Source of the DNA: an uncultured Verrucomicrobia subdivision 3 bacterium
Lineage (GTDB): Bacteria; Verrucomicrobiota; Verrucomicrobiia; Limisphaerales; UBA11358
Assembly (NCBI GenBank): GCA_903895255.1
Contig: CAITTG010000035.1
Span: forward strand, 26,714-90,713
Direction of reading: 5' to 3'
Length of the DNA stretch: 64,000 nucleotides
Shown: positions 56,905 through 64,000 of the stretch, in pieces
Layout: each line of letters opens with the position of its first letter
How positions within the stretch are numbered: position 1 is the stretch's first letter
Made by a program: the position numbers and the translations under genes
Notes under the pieces: model-generated
Database searches by the model: none
What the model saw: the letters and a program-made list of their open reading frames with translations, nothing else
Told to the model about the DNA's origin: nothing

Positions 56905-57792
56905 TCAGGTCGCCGGGATGTATCGTTGGAGGGCTTGAGTGGCGCCAAATAATAGAAGGAATATAAGGCTCAAGCCACGCGGGCATTCGGGGGCCACGGC
57001 CAGCCAGTCCACGAACACAATGCCCGCCAGCAAACCGGAGACCACCCGTCCGACATTTATGGCACCCGGCTGGAAGATGGGGCGAACGCAGCGGGCCACC
57101 CACAGCGCCAGCACCAGCGTCAGCCAGAGCGCTGCGGCGCGGAACTCACCTGGATTCATCAGCCAGGCGATGAGGACCGGTGCCGCCAACAGGAGCAGTG
57201 GCCAGTACGGCACCGGACTGCGAAAGCTTTCCCGCCGGGCCACATAGCTTAACCCCACAATGTACAGTGCCAGGGCGATGCCTCCCCAGACAGCCCAACC
57301 GAGCAGGCCATCGGGCAGGGTGGCATCATTGGCCCCCGCCAGACCGGCAATGACATAGACCCAGAACCGGCAAAAACCCATGATCCAGGGCGACGCCGTG
57401 ATTAATTTGTGCGTTTGGTTATAGATCAAGATGCACACCGCGAGCAGCACCGCCAGCACCCCGGCTAGTTTTCCCAAACCCAGGAGCAGCACGATGCCCA
57501 AACCCAGCCAGCCCCAGCCGAAGCGCCAGACTTCTGGTTCGGTAATCCGGCCGGAGGGTATGGGCCGGATGGTACGGCGCTGGCGGTCAAATTCCGCGTC
57601 AAAGGCGTCGTTCAAATACATGCCGCCAATATAAAGGGCGCTCATGCCCAGGAGGAGCAGCGGGAGTTTGCCGGCATGGCCGGCCCCGGCCAGCCACCAG
57701 CCCGCCAGGCAATTGGACCAAACCGTGGGCAGATTCGATACCCGGCCCAAAATGAGCAGGATACGGAGACGGCTGGCCAGTGGTTGATTCAT
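56905..57792 (-). CDS. UbiA-family prenyltransferase (EboC-like)
   Basis: Trimmed to the ATG at 57792 (MNQPLASRLRILLILGRVSNLPTVWSN...). NDAFDAEFD Asp-rich motif and about 8 TM segments. Confidence 0.85.
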   Translation of the reverse strand: MNQPLASRLRILLILGRVSNLPTVWSNCLAGWWLAGAGHAGKLPLLLLGMSALYIGGMYLNDAFDAEFDRQRRTIRPIPSGRITEPEVWRFGWGWLGLGIVLLLGLGKLAGVLAVLLAVCILIYNQTHKLITASPWIMGFCRFWVYVIAGLAGANDATLPDGLLGWAVWGGIALALYIVGLSYVARRESFRSPVPYWPLLLLAAPVLIAWLMNPGEFRAAALWLTLVLALWVARCVRPIFQPGAINVGRVVSGLLAGIVFVDWLAVAPECPRGLSLIFLLLFGATQALQRYIPAT

Positions 57793-57814
57793 GGCGCGAA
57801 GGAAACCACAAACT

Positions 57815-59077
57815 TCACCTTTTGGCGAGCTTGTCGTCGGCCAGACCTCGCTCGGCGAGGCGCGCCAGAGTCCACCCGTATTCATCGGCCAGTTGGTCCA
57901 CCACGCTCCGGCTCTTGAACTCCGGTGGCAGAACTTCCCAGGTATAGGTCTCCATTTCCAAGTGCTGGCACAGTCCCGGATTCGCCGCCAGGACGTCCAG
58001 GGTGCCGAGCAAGTGATCACTGGTGCTACCAAAGGGCTCCACCACCGGGGCATGCAGGGGGATGTGAAAATGGATGCGCCATTCGTCGCCGCCAGCCAGG
58101 CCGGCGGCGGGACAAGGCGTGGCGAGCGCTGCCGGCAAGTCCGGGTAATAAGTCAATTGGTCATGACGGTCACGCTCCACCACTTGATGCAAGTAAACCG
58201 TGTCGGCAAATTCCGCCAGCGCGGCCCGGGCGGCTGGGGTGGGGTGGGTCTTGAGGGCGGAACTCAGGTGGATTTTACTGATTTTAATGCCGGCCGCCTG
58301 TAACCGGCCCAGGGCGGCGCGGGGTTCCTCAAATTCCACCGCGAAATGGCAGGTGTCGTAATTCACCCCGAGATACCGCTCCCATCGGTCGTCCCCCGGC
58401 CGGTCCTGGCTAAGCGCGGTAAAAAACTCGACGGTTTCCCGGGTGTTTTCCAGCAGGCAGAGCGGCTCGGGCTCCAGGCCGAGATGGAGTTGGCGTCCGC
58501 TGGCCTGGCTGACCTGAGCGATGTGCTCCACGCAGCGCCAAAGGTTGTCCCGCATGGCGCTGACCTGCTCCGGGCGGCGGATGAATGCCTTGAAAGAACC
58601 CGGAAGCGTGCTAATACTGCCCGCCATGCCCGGGGGCACGAGGTCCGCCAGCAGGTCGAACAGCAGGTTGGTGTAGCCCAGCCGCTCGGGGGTGGTCCAG
58701 TCGGGGGTATAAACGCCCTCTTTCACCTGCCCGCCATGAAACGGGCCGTAAGGAAAGCCGTTAATGGTGAATATATAGCAATCCTGGGCGGCCAGCCACC
58801 GTTGGAAAGCCAGACGGTTGGGTCGGTCGCTTAATTCCCGTGCGGCGGTGGCGCTCAAGCGCAGGCCGATGGCAAACGGTTGCCGGGGTGCGACGCGCTC
58901 CCGCACGGCCAGCGTGTGGGTTTGCAAGCCCGCGAAAGTCTCCGCCCAGGTCTCCCCCCGGTGAATATTGGTGCAATAGGCCAGCTGGCCGCTGTAGTTT
59001 AATTCCACCCGCGTAACATGAGACGAAACCAGCAATTTGCAAAGGGGAAATACAAAAGTGCAAAGTGGCGTTGACAC
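57815..59077 (-). CDS. Xylose-isomerase-like TIM-barrel protein (EboE-like)
   Basis: AYCTNIHRGETW, HLGLEPEP, NYDTCHF and IHFHIP are spaced like the metal ligands of the AP-endonuclease-2/xylose-isomerase TIM family. The start is uncertain (track GTG at 59077; alternative GTG at 59008). Confidence 0.75.
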   Translation of the reverse strand: MSTPLCTFVFPLCKLLVSSHVTRVELNYSGQLAYCTNIHRGETWAETFAGLQTHTLAVRERVAPRQPFAIGLRLSATAARELSDRPNRLAFQRWLAAQDCYIFTINGFPYGPFHGGQVKEGVYTPDWTTPERLGYTNLLFDLLADLVPPGMAGSISTLPGSFKAFIRRPEQVSAMRDNLWRCVEHIAQVSQASGRQLHLGLEPEPLCLLENTRETVEFFTALSQDRPGDDRWERYLGVNYDTCHFAVEFEEPRAALGRLQAAGIKISKIHLSSALKTHPTPAARAALAEFADTVYLHQVVERDRHDQLTYYPDLPAALATPCPAAGLAGGDEWRIHFHIPLHAPVVEPFGSTSDHLLGTLDVLAANPGLCQHLEMETYTWEVLPPEFKSRSVVDQLADEYGWTLARLAERGLADDKLAKR

Positions 59078-59117
59078 TGGCGGTCTGACAGTTTAATTTG
59101 CAGAAAATTTACTAGCC

Positions 59118-59891
59118 ATGTTAATTCGCATAAGTCTGATTGTGGCCATTCTCGCAGCGCTTGTCGCCGGCACGCTGGGGTATCTGGAAGTGTCCAAACA
59201 AATCCCCGCCCTGACCCAGCAGCGTGATGATGAAAAATCTGCCAAGTATGCCGCGCTGACCCAGTTGGACAACACCAACAAGATGTTGGTCAAGACGCAG
59301 GTTAAGCTGGCCCAGACCGAGCAGGAACTCGCCGACACCCACACCAAGCTCGACAAGGCTGTGGCAGCCGTGGAAGTGCAACGCAAGCGGGCGGATGATT
59401 TGAACGACAAGTTGACCCAAACCACCTCGGAACGGGATGACGCCCGCAACCAGCTTGCCGCCTACACCACCACCGGGCTGACCCCGGAACAAGTCACCCA
59501 GTTGAACAAGCAATACAAGGATTCGCTGCTGGCCATCAAGGCTTTGAATGATGAAAAATTGGTGCTCTTCCGGACCATTACCCGACTGACCAACGAGCTG
59601 GCAAAATACACCGGCCCGGAAAACGACATCAAACTCCCTGCTGATCTGCGTGGCAAAATTGTGGCGGTGGATCCCAAATGGAACTTTGTGGTGCTGGATG
59701 TCGGGGAATCCCAAGGCATCATCAATGGCGGTGAATTGCTGGTGAGCCGCGATGGCAAACTGGTTTCCAAGGTGGTGGTCCGCTCCGTGGACAAGTCCCG
59801 CTGCATTGCCAATGTGGTGCAGGGTTGGAATTTCGGTCCCGTGGTGGAAGGTGATTTCGTCAGCCCCGCCCATCCGTCGCCTGCTTCCTAA
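59118..59891 (+). CDS. Membrane-anchored coiled-coil protein with MreC-like C-terminal beta domain
   Basis: 257 aa. N-terminal TM (MLIRISLIVAILAALVAGTLGYL), a long heptad-rich region, and C-terminal GKIVAVDPKWNFVVLDVGESQGIINGGELLVSRDGKLVSKVVVRSV. Confidence 0.7.
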   Translation: MLIRISLIVAILAALVAGTLGYLEVSKQIPALTQQRDDEKSAKYAALTQLDNTNKMLVKTQVKLAQTEQELADTHTKLDKAVAAVEVQRKRADDLNDKLTQTTSERDDARNQLAAYTTTGLTPEQVTQLNKQYKDSLLAIKALNDEKLVLFRTITRLTNELAKYTGPENDIKLPADLRGKIVAVDPKWNFVVLDVGESQGIINGGELLVSRDGKLVSKVVVRSVDKSRCIANVVQGWNFGPVVEGDFVSPAHPSPAS

Positions 59892-59903
59892 GTGCCTGAT
59901 CAT

Positions 59904-60071
59904 ATGAAAGGTTCCGCCGCCAGATTGCTCCTGCTGCTCGCCCTTGGCGCAGTGCTGGTGAGCGTCAGCGGTTGTCAGACCGACGATCCTGAGAATGTCT
60001 CCGTCCGTCCGTGGAATGCCCCCAAAGGCTGGGAAGGCGGCGTGCCCATTGATACCGGACAGCATAACTAG
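59904..60071 (+). CDS. Candidate small lipoprotein (55 aa, below the ORF-track cutoff)
   Basis: My translation: MKGSAARLLLLLALGAVLVSVSGCQTDDPENVSVRPWNAPKGWEGGVPIDTGQHN. Lipobox VSGC. Starts 12 nt after the preceding gene. Confidence 0.45.
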   Translation: MKGSAARLLLLLALGAVLVSVSGCQTDDPENVSVRPWNAPKGWEGGVPIDTGQHN

Positions 60072-60135
60072 GCAATCTTTCTTAATTTCTTCGTCAGCGA
60101 CCTCGGCTGGTTTTGCATGGTGACCATCTTCCGGG

Positions 60136-60711
60136 CTAATGGCCAATAAGTGAGGTTTTTTCCGTAATCACCTTCGTCATCGGCACATCATGCGGTTCCG
60201 CCGGAACTTCCCGCAGGATTTGCTCACGCAGGGCCACGCCGCATTTCATTCCGCCAAAGCCACGCAGCAACTGGTCGTAAAACCCCTTGCCCCGGCCTAA
60301 CCTCCGGCCAGAGGCATCAAAAGCCAAACCGGGTACCAAGGCGAGTGCAATTTCCCCCAGCGTAACTTCGGAGCAATGCGGCGCGGGCTCGCGGATACCA
60401 AATTCTCCGCTGACCAGGTCGCGCGCTAAATCGCCGACCGAGGCGATGGCGTAACGGTTTTCCCGGGCATCAAAGCGGGGCAGGGCCACGATCTTACCTT
60501 CCGCCAAGGCGGCGGCCACCAGCGGCCAGACATCCACCTCGTCCGGCAGCGGGGCAAAGAGCAGCACCGTTTTCGCTGATTTCCAAAAAGCTTGCGCCCG
60601 CACCTGTTCGCAAATCCGCGCCGACCCGCTGGCGCGTTCGGCTGCGGTCAGGCATTTCAAGCGCGCGCGCATTTCTCGTCGTAGTTCGGCTTTGGCCTCG
60701 GATACTGTCAC
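60136..60711 (-). CDS. 5-formyltetrahydrofolate cyclo-ligase
   Basis: Start set at the GTG at 60711, which forms a GTGA overlap with the rarA stop. LVPGLAFDASGRRLGRGKGFYD is the family signature. Confidence 0.85.
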   Translation of the reverse strand: MTVSEAKAELRREMRARLKCLTAAERASGSARICEQVRAQAFWKSAKTVLLFAPLPDEVDVWPLVAAALAEGKIVALPRFDARENRYAIASVGDLARDLVSGEFGIREPAPHCSEVTLGEIALALVPGLAFDASGRRLGRGKGFYDQLLRGFGGMKCGVALREQILREVPAEPHDVPMTKVITEKTSLIGH

Positions 60712-62081
60712 GGTTGCTTTCCCTCCCGGGCTTTGGCAAATTCCGCGCGCCACACCTCCAGGCGATCTTTGATTTTCTTTTCCACGCCTTGCGCGGTGGG
60801 CTCGTAATAGCGTTTGGCGGCGCCCAGATAATCCTGCGCCACGAAATGGCCCGCGCCTTCGTGGGCGTATTGATAGCCCTGGCCATGGCCCAGCCGTTCC
60901 GCGCCGGGGTAATGGCCGTCCCGCAAATGTTCCGGCACCGCCAGCGTCCGGCCCGACTTCACGTCCGCCAGCGCGGCGTCGATGGCGGTGATGACGCTGT
61001 TGCTCTTGTGGGCGGTCGCTATATAAATCGCCGCCTCGGCGATGGGTATGCGCGCCTCGGGCCAGCCGGTGAATTCCGCCGTTTGATGCGCGGCCACCGC
61101 CAGCACCAAGGCCATCGGGTCCGCGAGGCCCACATCCTCGGCTGCGCAGATCAGGATCCGCCGGGTGATGAAGCGTGGGTCCTCCCCGGCGTGAATCATC
61201 TTGGCCAGCCAGTAGAGTGCGGCGTCCGGGTCGCTGCCGCGCATGGATTTGATGAAGGCGGAAATGGTGTCGTAATGCGCGTCGCCGTCGCCATCGTAGA
61301 CCACGGCTTTTTTCTGGATGCTCTGCTCGGCGGTCGCCAGGTCCACGACGACAAAGCCGTCCGCGCCGGGCGGGGTCGTGAGGGCGGCGATTTCCAGCGA
61401 GTTCAGCGCCTTGCGCGCGTCGCCATCCGCCAGCCGGGCCAGGTGGCGCAGGGCATTTTCGTGGGCGTTGATTTTTAAATAACCCAGGCCGCGCTCGGTG
61501 TCTGCCAGCGCCCGCTGCAAGAGGGCCAGCAAATCGTCCTCGCCCAGCGGGCGCAGCTCAAAGATTTGTGAGCGTGACACCAGCGGGGCGTTGACGAAGA
61601 AAAAGGGATTGTGCGTGGTGGCGCCGATGAGGCGGATCACGCCGCTTTCCACATCCGGCAGCAGCACGTCCTGCTGGGCCTTGTTGAAGCGGTGGATTTC
61701 ATCGATGAAAAGAATCGTGCGCGCGCCGGTGTTTTCGAGCCGGTTATGCGCGCCGGCCAGCACGCGGCGCATGTCGGCCACGTTGGATTCAACGCCGCTC
61801 AAACGCTCAAATTTACACTGCGTCTGCCGGGCGATGATCTGGGCCAGCGACGTTTTGCCGGTGCCGGGCGGGCCGTAAAAGAGCAGGGACTCGATGCGGT
61901 CCGCTTCGATGGCCCGCCGCAGCAATTGTCCGGGGCCGAGGATGTGCTGCTGGCCGGCATATTCCGCGAGGTTGCGGGGTCGCATGCGGGCTGCCAGCGG
62001 GGCATGGCGGCGGTCCGCCCCGGCGGGGGGACCGGCAGGCTGCGCGGCCACGGGGGCCGCAAATAAATCATCTCGCGCCAT
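60708..62081 (-). CDS. rarA: Replication-associated recombination protein A (AAA+ ATPase)
   Basis: 457 aa. LFYGPPGTGKTSLA Walker A, FIDEIHRFNK, and MgsA C-terminal domain (YDTISAFIKSMRGSDPDAALYWLA). Confidence 0.9.
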   Translation of the reverse strand: MARDDLFAAPVAAQPAGPPAGADRRHAPLAARMRPRNLAEYAGQQHILGPGQLLRRAIEADRIESLLFYGPPGTGKTSLAQIIARQTQCKFERLSGVESNVADMRRVLAGAHNRLENTGARTILFIDEIHRFNKAQQDVLLPDVESGVIRLIGATTHNPFFFVNAPLVSRSQIFELRPLGEDDLLALLQRALADTERGLGYLKINAHENALRHLARLADGDARKALNSLEIAALTTPPGADGFVVVDLATAEQSIQKKAVVYDGDGDAHYDTISAFIKSMRGSDPDAALYWLAKMIHAGEDPRFITRRILICAAEDVGLADPMALVLAVAAHQTAEFTGWPEARIPIAEAAIYIATAHKSNSVITAIDAALADVKSGRTLAVPEHLRDGHYPGAERLGHGQGYQYAHEGAGHFVAQDYLGAAKRYYEPTAQGVEKKIKDRLEVWRAEFAKAREGKQP

Positions 62082-62114
62082 GGAGCCAGCCTAGCATCCG
62101 GCGGGACATTGCCC

Positions 62115-62144
62115 AAAAGAAAAAAGCCCTTCTTGCGAAGGGCT
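62115..62144 (-). terminator. Rho-independent terminator after the 6S RNA candidate
   Basis: Minus-strand stem AGCCCTT / AAGGGCT followed by TTTTTTCTTTT. Confidence 0.7.
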
Positions 62145-62164
62145 GGGTGCCGGGGGGAACCGGC

Positions 62165-62349
62165 TTTAAAGAGACCCCACCATTGCCGTGTGCGACTGAC
62201 CCTTTGAACATGTTATAGTAACATGTGGAACCCCTCCGGCTGCTTTCGACTTCCAGTCAAGGCATGTCGGCCACAACCTAAAATTGGCTCCGGTGATCGT
62301 TTAATCTACGGTTCAAGGATTGTACGAATCACGAACAGGGCAGGGAAAT
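62165..62349 (-). ncRNA. ssrS: 6S RNA candidate
   Basis: The minus strand starts AUUUCCCUGCCCUGUUCGUG and ends ...GUUCAAAGGGUCAGUCGCACACGGCAAUGGUGGGGUCUCU. This parallels my recollection of E. coli 6S (AUUUCUCUGAGAUGUUCGC ... GUUCAAGGGUUACAGCCUGCGGCGGCAUCUCGGAGA). The 5' CCCUGCC pairs with the 3' GGUGGGG. About 185 nt. Lies in an AT-richer 450-nt gap upstream of rarA and 5-FTHF cyclo-ligase. The ends are approximate. Confidence 0.6.
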
Positions 62350-62534
62350 TTTACTGTTATCAAAGATCATTCTGACTCCGTGCCACCGCACTGATAACTT
62401 TTACTTTTACTACTCTAGTTGTCGCCCTGGTTGACCATTTTTTCAAGCAATAAATTTTTAATTAATTGCCGGCCCGGGCTTGACAGAAGCGGTGCGCCAT
62501 CGAATCGTCACCGCGGCTGGCGGCTGGCCAGCCC

Positions 62535-63632
62535 TCACCATTTGTCCGCCTCGGTCCAGGCCCGCGCGTATTGCACGGGTGGGGTCAGCGCGTCGTTCAC
62601 GCCGAGCGCCCACTGGGCGTGCACCGTCCAGAACGGGTCCCGCTGGAAGGCGCGCGCGAGCAGCACCACATCCGCCCGACCGTCGCGAATGATCGCCTCG
62701 GCCTGCGCGGGATTGGTAATTTTACCCACCGCCGCCGTCGCGATGCCGGCTTCGTGGCGGATGCGTTCGGCAAACGGAACTTGATACCCCGGCGCCACCG
62801 GCACTTTGGCATCCGGCACATTGCCGCCGGAACTGCAATCCATCAGGTCCACGCCCTCGGCCTTAAGCAACCGCGCCAGCTCGATGCTCTGCTCAATCTC
62901 CCAGCCGCCCGGCACCCATTCGGTGCAGCTGATGCGCACCGTCAGCGGCAGGTGTTCCGGCCAGACGGCCCGCACGGCGCGTGTGGTCTCCAGCAGGAAA
63001 CGCACGCGATTGTCAAAGCTGCCGCCGTAAATGTCCGTGCGGGTGTTCGACAGCGGGGAAAGAAATTCCGAAAACAGATAGCCATGCGCCGCGTGAAGTT
63101 CCAGCCACTCGTAGCCGGCGGCCAGCGAGCGCCGGGCGGCGGCCACAAAATCCTGCCGCACGCGCGCGATGTCTTCCGCCGTCATGGCGCGGGGCACGCG
63201 CGGCAGCTCGCCCCCGAAGGCCAGCGCGCTGGGCCCAATGATCGGCCAGCCGCCGTTGTTTTCCGCCAAATGCGCGCCGCCGTCCCAGGGCCGCGCGGCG
63301 GAGGCCTTCCGGCCGGCGTGGGCGATTTGAATGCCCGGCACAGCCCCAGCTTGTTTGACAAAGTGGTTCACCCGCGCCAGTGGCGCAACGTGCTGCTCCC
63401 CCCAAATGCCCGCGCAACCCGGTGTGATCCGCCCTTCCGGCGCCACCGCCGTGGCCTCGGCAATCACCAGGCCCGCCCCGCCCAGGGCCAGCGCCCCCAA
63501 GTTCACCAGGTGCCAGTCCGTGGCCACACCTTCGTTCGAGGAATACTGGCACATCGGCGAAACCCCGATGCGATTGCGCAGCGTGACCGATTTGAGGGTG
63601 AGGGGTTGAAAGAGATAACTTTGAATGCTCAT
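62535..63632 (-). CDS. Old Yellow Enzyme-family NADH:flavin oxidoreductase (YqjM/NamA type)
   Basis: Trimmed to the ATG at 63632 (MSIQSYLFQPLTLKSVTLRNRIGVSPMCQYS...). HAAHGYLFSEFLSP, IQIAHAGRK. Confidence 0.9.
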   Translation of the reverse strand: MSIQSYLFQPLTLKSVTLRNRIGVSPMCQYSSNEGVATDWHLVNLGALALGGAGLVIAEATAVAPEGRITPGCAGIWGEQHVAPLARVNHFVKQAGAVPGIQIAHAGRKASAARPWDGGAHLAENNGGWPIIGPSALAFGGELPRVPRAMTAEDIARVRQDFVAAARRSLAAGYEWLELHAAHGYLFSEFLSPLSNTRTDIYGGSFDNRVRFLLETTRAVRAVWPEHLPLTVRISCTEWVPGGWEIEQSIELARLLKAEGVDLMDCSSGGNVPDAKVPVAPGYQVPFAERIRHEAGIATAAVGKITNPAQAEAIIRDGRADVVLLARAFQRDPFWTVHAQWALGVNDALTPPVQYARAWTEADKW

Positions 63633-63909
63633 GGCGGCGTAGTTAATAGACCGCATTGCCCGGCTTGGCAAGGGGCGAAGTATCCGCCGCGGCTGCCAGC
63701 CCGGCCCGGGCAAGCTGGCGCTCCGCCACCGCCGCCCGGCGCTCCGAGACCAGTTGCAACCGGATGGGCGGTTAGGTGCCCTGCCGCTCGCCACGCTACG
63801 CGGGCTGACGCGGTGAATAATGGGCGGTGCCGCAGCGCCGGCCCTACCATTGTGGGGGCGTTACTTGCTGGTGAGGAACTCTTGACTTGTTGAATCCCCG
63901 GCAGACAGC

Positions 63910-63939
63910 AAAAAACCCGGAAGCCGCAGGGCTTCCGGG
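63910..63939 (-). terminator. Rho-independent terminator
   Basis: Perfect 10-bp stem CCCGGAAGCC / GGCTTCCGGG, with TTTTTT on the minus strand, 19 nt after the TAA at 63960-63958. Confidence 0.75.
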
Positions 63940-63957
63940 TTGCCGAGTGGGCGTGAA

Positions 63958-64000
63958 TTATTTGCTCTTCTTGAGGGCGTTCAGGCCGGCGTACACGGCG
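63958..64000 (-). CDS. 3' end of an unidentified gene (...AVYAGLNALKKSK*) entering from the right edge
   Basis: Open minus-strand frame ending in TAA and followed by a strong terminator. Too short to identify. Confidence 0.3.
   Translation of the reverse strand, partial: AVYAGLNALKKSK

Noticed and set aside
59121-60146. 341-aa minus-strand ORF
   Set aside because: Antisense to the coiled-coil protein and the small lipoprotein ORF. Low-complexity Gly/His/Gln-rich translation.
62571-63893. 440-aa plus-strand ORF, and the upstream 54 codons of track ORF 62535-63794
   Set aside because: The plus ORF is antisense to the Old Yellow Enzyme gene. OYE homology begins at MSIQSYLFQPL (ATG at 63632).

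Overview
Visibly GC-rich, gene-dense chromosomal segment with about 60 protein genes on both strands. I recognised no rRNA, tRNA, CRISPR array, transposase or integrase. Most long ORFs in the six-frame track are antisense shadows of the real genes, and many track ORFs start upstream of the likely true start. The gene content (a DUF1559/H-X9-DG pseudopilin, Rho with a long Pro/Ala-rich N-terminus, many short GC-hairpin dispersed repeats) suggests a Verrucomicrobiota/PVC-type bacterium; this is inference only.

Main points:
1. Family 2A encapsulin operon at 3305-7507: an HK97-type shell protein, a cysteine desulfurase cargo with a roughly 180 aa disordered N-terminal targeting domain, a rhodanese and serine O-acetyltransferase.
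2. A clear SAM-I riboswitch (47990-48112, minus strand) with its terminator controls a ThrC-like / ThiS-MoaD-like (C-terminal GG) / NIL-domain operon. This is a candidate protein-thiocarboxylate route to homocysteine.
3. A 6S RNA candidate (about 62165-62349, minus strand) lies upstream of rarA and 5-formyl-THF cyclo-ligase.
4. A conserved circularly permuted ATP-grasp / alpha-E / transglutaminase triad.
5. A single ORF fuses an LMW phosphatase, RpiB and serine hydroxymethyltransferase.
6. An in-frame insertion of about 62 aa in ligA is built from the same hairpin motifs as the intergenic repeats.
7. A DUF433/DUF5615 toxin-antitoxin pair is bracketed by 20-bp direct repeats, and a ParDE pair lies next to the encapsulin operon.
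8. Phosphorus-free lipid genes are present (olsB/olsA-like, btaA/btaB), together with a Tat-exported purple acid phosphatase.
9. An eboC/eboE-like pair, and hypA/hypB with no hydrogenase genes in the window.

All family assignments come from reading motifs in the translations. No database search was run.
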